Shown: one piece after another, positions 60,758 to 64,000 of the stretch | How the letters are laid out: each line of letters starts with the position of its first letter | How positions within the stretch are numbered: the first letter of the stretch is position 1 | From: Nitrospirales bacterium | GTDB lineage: Bacteria; Nitrospirota; Nitrospiria; Nitrospirales; UBA8639 | DNA: 64,000 bases | Reading direction: 5' to 3' | Assembly (NCBI GenBank): GCA_965203295.1 | Contig: CBDBCZ010000019.1 | Location: 2,560,001-2,624,000 of the forward strand | Translations under genes and position numbers: made by a program | The notes under the pieces: generated by a model | What the model saw: the letters and a program-made list of their open reading frames with translations, nothing else | The model's database searches: none | What the model was told of the DNA's origin: nothing

Positions 60758-61255
60758 TCAATCGAGTTGTTCCGCCAGCACTCGAGCTGTTTGTTGCTCT
60801 CGGTACTCCTTTAATCGTTGGTTGATTTCAGAATCGGAGAGGGCAAGAATGGCCGCAGCGAGTAATGCGGCATTCGCCGCCCCAGCTTCGCCGATAGCCA
60901 GAGTGCCAACGGGAATTCCTTTGGGCATCTGCACGATCGAAAGAAGGGAGTCAAGTCCTTGAAGGCTCTTGGATTGCATGGGAACCCCTAAAACAGGAAG
61001 AGTGGTCTTCGCGGCAATCACACCCGGCAGATGGGCAGCACCCCCGGCACCAGCAATAACAACTCGAATCCCTCGTTTTTCGACTTTGCTCACATATTCA
61101 AACAGGGCATCAGGAGCTCGATGGGCAGAGATGACTCGGGCTTCATGCGGAATGTGTAACTGAGTCAGCATGTCTGTGGCTGCCTGCATCGTATTCCAAT
61201 CGCTTTTGCTTCCCATGATAATGGCGATCAAAGGATTCTGGTTCTGCTTATCCAA
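60758..61255 (-). CDS. purE: N5-carboxyaminoimidazole ribonucleotide mutase
   Basis: [21 protein letters not shown] and [11 protein letters not shown] motifs. AGGAGG SD with TTG start. Confidence 0.97.
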   Translation of the reverse strand: MDKQNQNPLIAIIMGSKSDWNTMQAATDMLTQLHIPHEARVISAHRAPDALFEYVSKVEKRGIRVVIAGAGGAAHLPGVIAAKTTLPVLGVPMQSKSLQGLDSLLSIVQMPKGIPVGTLAIGEAGAANAALLAAAILALSDSEINQRLKEYREQQTARVLAEQLD

Positions 61256-61501
61256 GCTTTCTCCTCCTAATTAAGAAATTTTCATCAAGGAACCTGCCAG
61301 CATTGCACTTGGTCACCTCATTTGACTCGCCGCTAGTGTAATCACTCATAGTTGTTTTTACAACGACACGCATGTTCAGGCCACAACTTCCACGTGCACT
61401 CAAATCTGAATGATGTCATGCCTGGCGAAGTTTCGCCTTGACGGATTTATGAAGGTCCCCGTATAGTCACTAGGAAGGGGTTTCATTGGAAATTTTCCTA
61501 A

Positions 61502-62824
61502 GTGAAAATACTTGAGAGGTCGTCGTCTGTGAGTCAAAAGGTCCAACGACTGCTCCAACCTTTGGATGGAGAACCATGGGACATCCAAGCCTATATGAGC
61601 CAAGGTGGCTATGAGGCGTGGAAAACGTGTGTCCAGAAGAAAGATCGTGATGCCGTCGTGGCTGAACTCAAACGGGCTTCCTTGCGAGGAAGGGGTGGAG
61701 CTGGTTTTCCGACTGGACTCAAATGGGAAAAAGTGCTCCACCATCGGTTGGAGGAACGGTATTTTGTCTGTAATGCGGGAGAGCATGAACCGGGGACCTT
61801 TAAAGATCGGTATCTGCTCAAACATCATCCGCATCAATTGTTGGAAGGATGTTTAATCGCGGCGTTCACGGTCGCTGCGAAGGAAGCCCACATTTATTTA
61901 AATGCGGAGTTTGAGGAGGAACGAGAAAATTTTGAAAAAGCCATGATACAAGCCAAAGAACATGGCCTCCTCGGTCATAACATCCTCGGAACGGAGGTAG
62001 CCCTTGATTTGAATATCTTCGAAGGCCACGGGAGTTACGTTGCTGGAGAAGAAACCGCGATGTTGGAATCCATGCAAGGGCGTCCAGCCATGCCGAAGCA
62101 AAAACCTCCCTTTTATCCAACAGACTTTGGGCTTTATGGGAAGCCCACACTAGTCAATAATGTGGAAACCCTTTCGAATGTCCCCCATATCCTGAGGAAT
62201 GGGGCTGACTGGTTTTCCCAGGTGGGAACCGAGAAGAGTCCTGGGACCATGTTGTTTTCTTTAAGCGGTTCGATCAATTGCCCAGGTGTCTATGAACTGC
62301 CTCTTGGAACTCCAATTCGATATCTCATTGAGGAATGCGGCGGAGGGGCGTTGAATAACCAGAAAGTCAAAGCCGTATTTCCTGGGGGCCCCTCGTTTTC
62401 TATGATTGGTCCAGACCAATTAGATTTGTGCATGGATTTTGATTCGTTAAAACGAGCTGGGACTGGCCTTGGATCGGCTGGGATGATTGTCGTGGATGAC
62501 TCTCAATGTATGGTGGAACAGACCCTCAAACTCTCAAAATTTTTTAAGGTAGAGAGTTGCGGACAATGTCCACCCTGTCGCATTGGGACCGAAAACCTCG
62601 CAGATCTTGTTTCCAAAATTGAAGAGGGACAAGGGACGAAGCAAGATTTGGATCAACTCCTACAAATTTGTGGGTTTGTCAAAGGGACAGGCTTTTGCAC
62701 TCTCGTCACAGGCGCCTCTGTATTGGTTCAGAACAGTCTTCGACTCTTTCGTGGTGAATATGAAGACCATATTGCTTTACAACGCTGTCCCTTGAAGCCT
62801 ATCTCCGCCACGGCAGAAGTCTAA
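61502..62824 (+). CDS. Stand-alone NuoF-like FMN/[4Fe-4S] NADH-binding subunit
   Basis: GRGGAGFPTG, CNAGEHEPGTFKDR, GEETA, NNVETL and ESCGQCPPCR...FC motifs. Confidence 0.88.
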   Translation: MKILERSSSVSQKVQRLLQPLDGEPWDIQAYMSQGGYEAWKTCVQKKDRDAVVAELKRASLRGRGGAGFPTGLKWEKVLHHRLEERYFVCNAGEHEPGTFKDRYLLKHHPHQLLEGCLIAAFTVAAKEAHIYLNAEFEEERENFEKAMIQAKEHGLLGHNILGTEVALDLNIFEGHGSYVAGEETAMLESMQGRPAMPKQKPPFYPTDFGLYGKPTLVNNVETLSNVPHILRNGADWFSQVGTEKSPGTMLFSLSGSINCPGVYELPLGTPIRYLIEECGGGALNNQKVKAVFPGGPSFSMIGPDQLDLCMDFDSLKRAGTGLGSAGMIVVDDSQCMVEQTLKLSKFFKVESCGQCPPCRIGTENLADLVSKIEEGQGTKQDLDQLLQICGFVKGTGFCTLVTGASVLVQNSLRLFRGEYEDHIALQRCPLKPISATAEV

Positions 62825-62838
62825 TTCCACTTACGAAT

Positions 62839-63201
62839 ATGCCACGGGTGACATTCATTCATCCAGAAGGGAAAAGTGGAGACGTTCCACTGAATTCCAC
62901 CTTACTGGAAGCTTCTGAAGTTCTCGGGTTTCCTTTACCTCACGACTGCGGTGGAAATGCTTCCTGCACAACCTGCCGAGTCCAGGTGATCGTCGGAGGC
63001 GAAAATTTATCGGAAATAGACTTTGATGAACAGGATCTTTTGGATCGCGAAGCCTTGACCGAATCCTACCATCGGTTGGGATGTCAGTCTCGGATTCTGG
63101 GGGATGCGGTTGTCCAAGTTCCAGAAAGTAAATGGGGTGAGACCTCTGAAGCAAAGGCCGAAGGGACGTCAAACTCTGGGGAACTCACCCCAACCAATTG
63201 A
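62839..63201 (+). CDS. [2Fe-2S] ferredoxin (adrenodoxin/ISC type)
   Basis: HDCGGNASCTTC...RLGCQ. Confidence 0.92.
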   Translation: MPRVTFIHPEGKSGDVPLNSTLLEASEVLGFPLPHDCGGNASCTTCRVQVIVGGENLSEIDFDEQDLLDREALTESYHRLGCQSRILGDAVVQVPESKWGETSEAKAEGTSNSGELTPTN

Positions 63202-63203
63202 GC

Positions 63204-63644
63204 ATGGAGAATATGAGCACCCAGGCAAGTATTACGCTTCGCTACCGTTTTTGTGCCTCACATCGGCTTCATGTCAAAGAGTTGTCGGACGATGTAAATC
63301 GAAAAATTTACGGGAAGTGCAACAATCTAAACGGTCATGGGCACGATTACACCGTCCTTGTCACTGTGAGTGGAGAGATGGATCCCCAAACAGGATTTGT
63401 GACGGACCTCGACACCCTTGACCGAATCGTGCATCAAAAAATCGTCGAACGATTTGATCACCAACATCTCAACTACGATCCAGCATTTCTTGATGTCGTA
63501 CCCACTGGGGAGAACCTGGCGCGATTTGTTTGGGATGAGCTCGTAGGACAAATCCACAAGGGATGCCTTGAAAAAATTGGGCTCATTGAAACTCGTGACA
63601 ATTATTTTGAGTATGTGGGTGATCATAGAGCAAAAATAGATTAA
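63204..63644 (+). CDS. queD: 6-carboxytetrahydropterin / 6-pyruvoyl-tetrahydropterin synthase
   Basis: FCASHRL, GKCNN.NGHGHDY, FDHQHLN, PTGEN and ET motifs. Start uncertain. Confidence 0.85.
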   Translation: MENMSTQASITLRYRFCASHRLHVKELSDDVNRKIYGKCNNLNGHGHDYTVLVTVSGEMDPQTGFVTDLDTLDRIVHQKIVERFDHQHLNYDPAFLDVVPTGENLARFVWDELVGQIHKGCLEKIGLIETRDNYFEYVGDHRAKID

Positions 63645-63676
63645 GCCCTCTCTACTCTTATGATACACGTAAGGAA

Positions 63677-64000
63677 ATGAAAAAGTTGGCGTCAAGTCAG
63701 AAAAATGGTCGTTCGAGAACGGCGTTAGCAAAAAAGGGAAGGGTGAGTTCCAATCGAAAGTTCCCAATCCATCAAAATGGGACTGACTCCGAATTGGAGA
63801 AGACCATACACAAATTACTGGTTCAACTGGGTGAAGACTCCAAGCGGAGTGGACTCCTCAATACCCCAGAGCGAGTGGCCAAGGCTTTGAAGTTTTTCAC
63901 GAAGGGGCATTCCGAGGATATCCATGATCTCGTCAATGGAGCCTTATTTCCCATCGAGTACGACGAAATGGTCATTGTCAAAGACATCGATATTTTCAGT
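63677..64000 (+). CDS. folE: GTP cyclohydrolase I (3'-partial; not in ORF track)
   Basis: ATG 63677 with an open frame to the window end: LGEDSKRSGLLNTPERVAKA...YDEMVIVKDIDIFS. Confidence 0.92.
   Translation, partial: MKKLASSQKNGRSRTALAKKGRVSSNRKFPIHQNGTDSELEKTIHKLLVQLGEDSKRSGLLNTPERVAKALKFFTKGHSEDIHDLVNGALFPIEYDEMVIVKDIDIFS

Overview
This is a gene-dense bacterial chromosomal window, most likely from a Nitrospirota/Nitrospirales genome. That placement is an inference from gene content: an F0-only atp cluster, a UbiE plus Slr0320-like radical SAM pair, hopanoid-linked genes and CTAG-flanked MITEs. Most of the window is housekeeping and metabolism: nadB, pabB/pabC-like genes, atpIBEF, rlmN, lipB, dcd, ruvB, uvrA, uvrC, ispA, hpnA, grxD-bolA, anmK, degP, rpiA, glk, aroK/E, purE, queD, folE and one tRNA-Glu(CTC). 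Mobile DNA consists of one IS1595-family (IS1016-group) element with an 8-bp TSD and two composite MITEs. There is no CRISPR array, prophage or rRNA. The most interesting signals are: (1) a candidate nucleoid/chromatin locus at 8.4-9.65 kb, with an AT-rich strong promoter, a coiled-coil plus winged-helix protein, a 10-aa micro-ORF, a structured RNA-like segment and an unannotated 29-aa histone-H1-like peptide; (2) a stand-alone C4HC3 (PHD/RING-CH-type) zinc-finger protein coupled to a membrane protein; (3) an ATP-grasp ligase-glutaredoxin-KamA-dcd-glycosyltransferase operon; (4) altered DNA-repair genes (UvrA without its insertion domain, UvrC without its HhH domain, a broken xth); and (5) recurrent gene breakage, often by short tandem duplications. 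All functional calls come from motif recognition by eye. No database searches were run.
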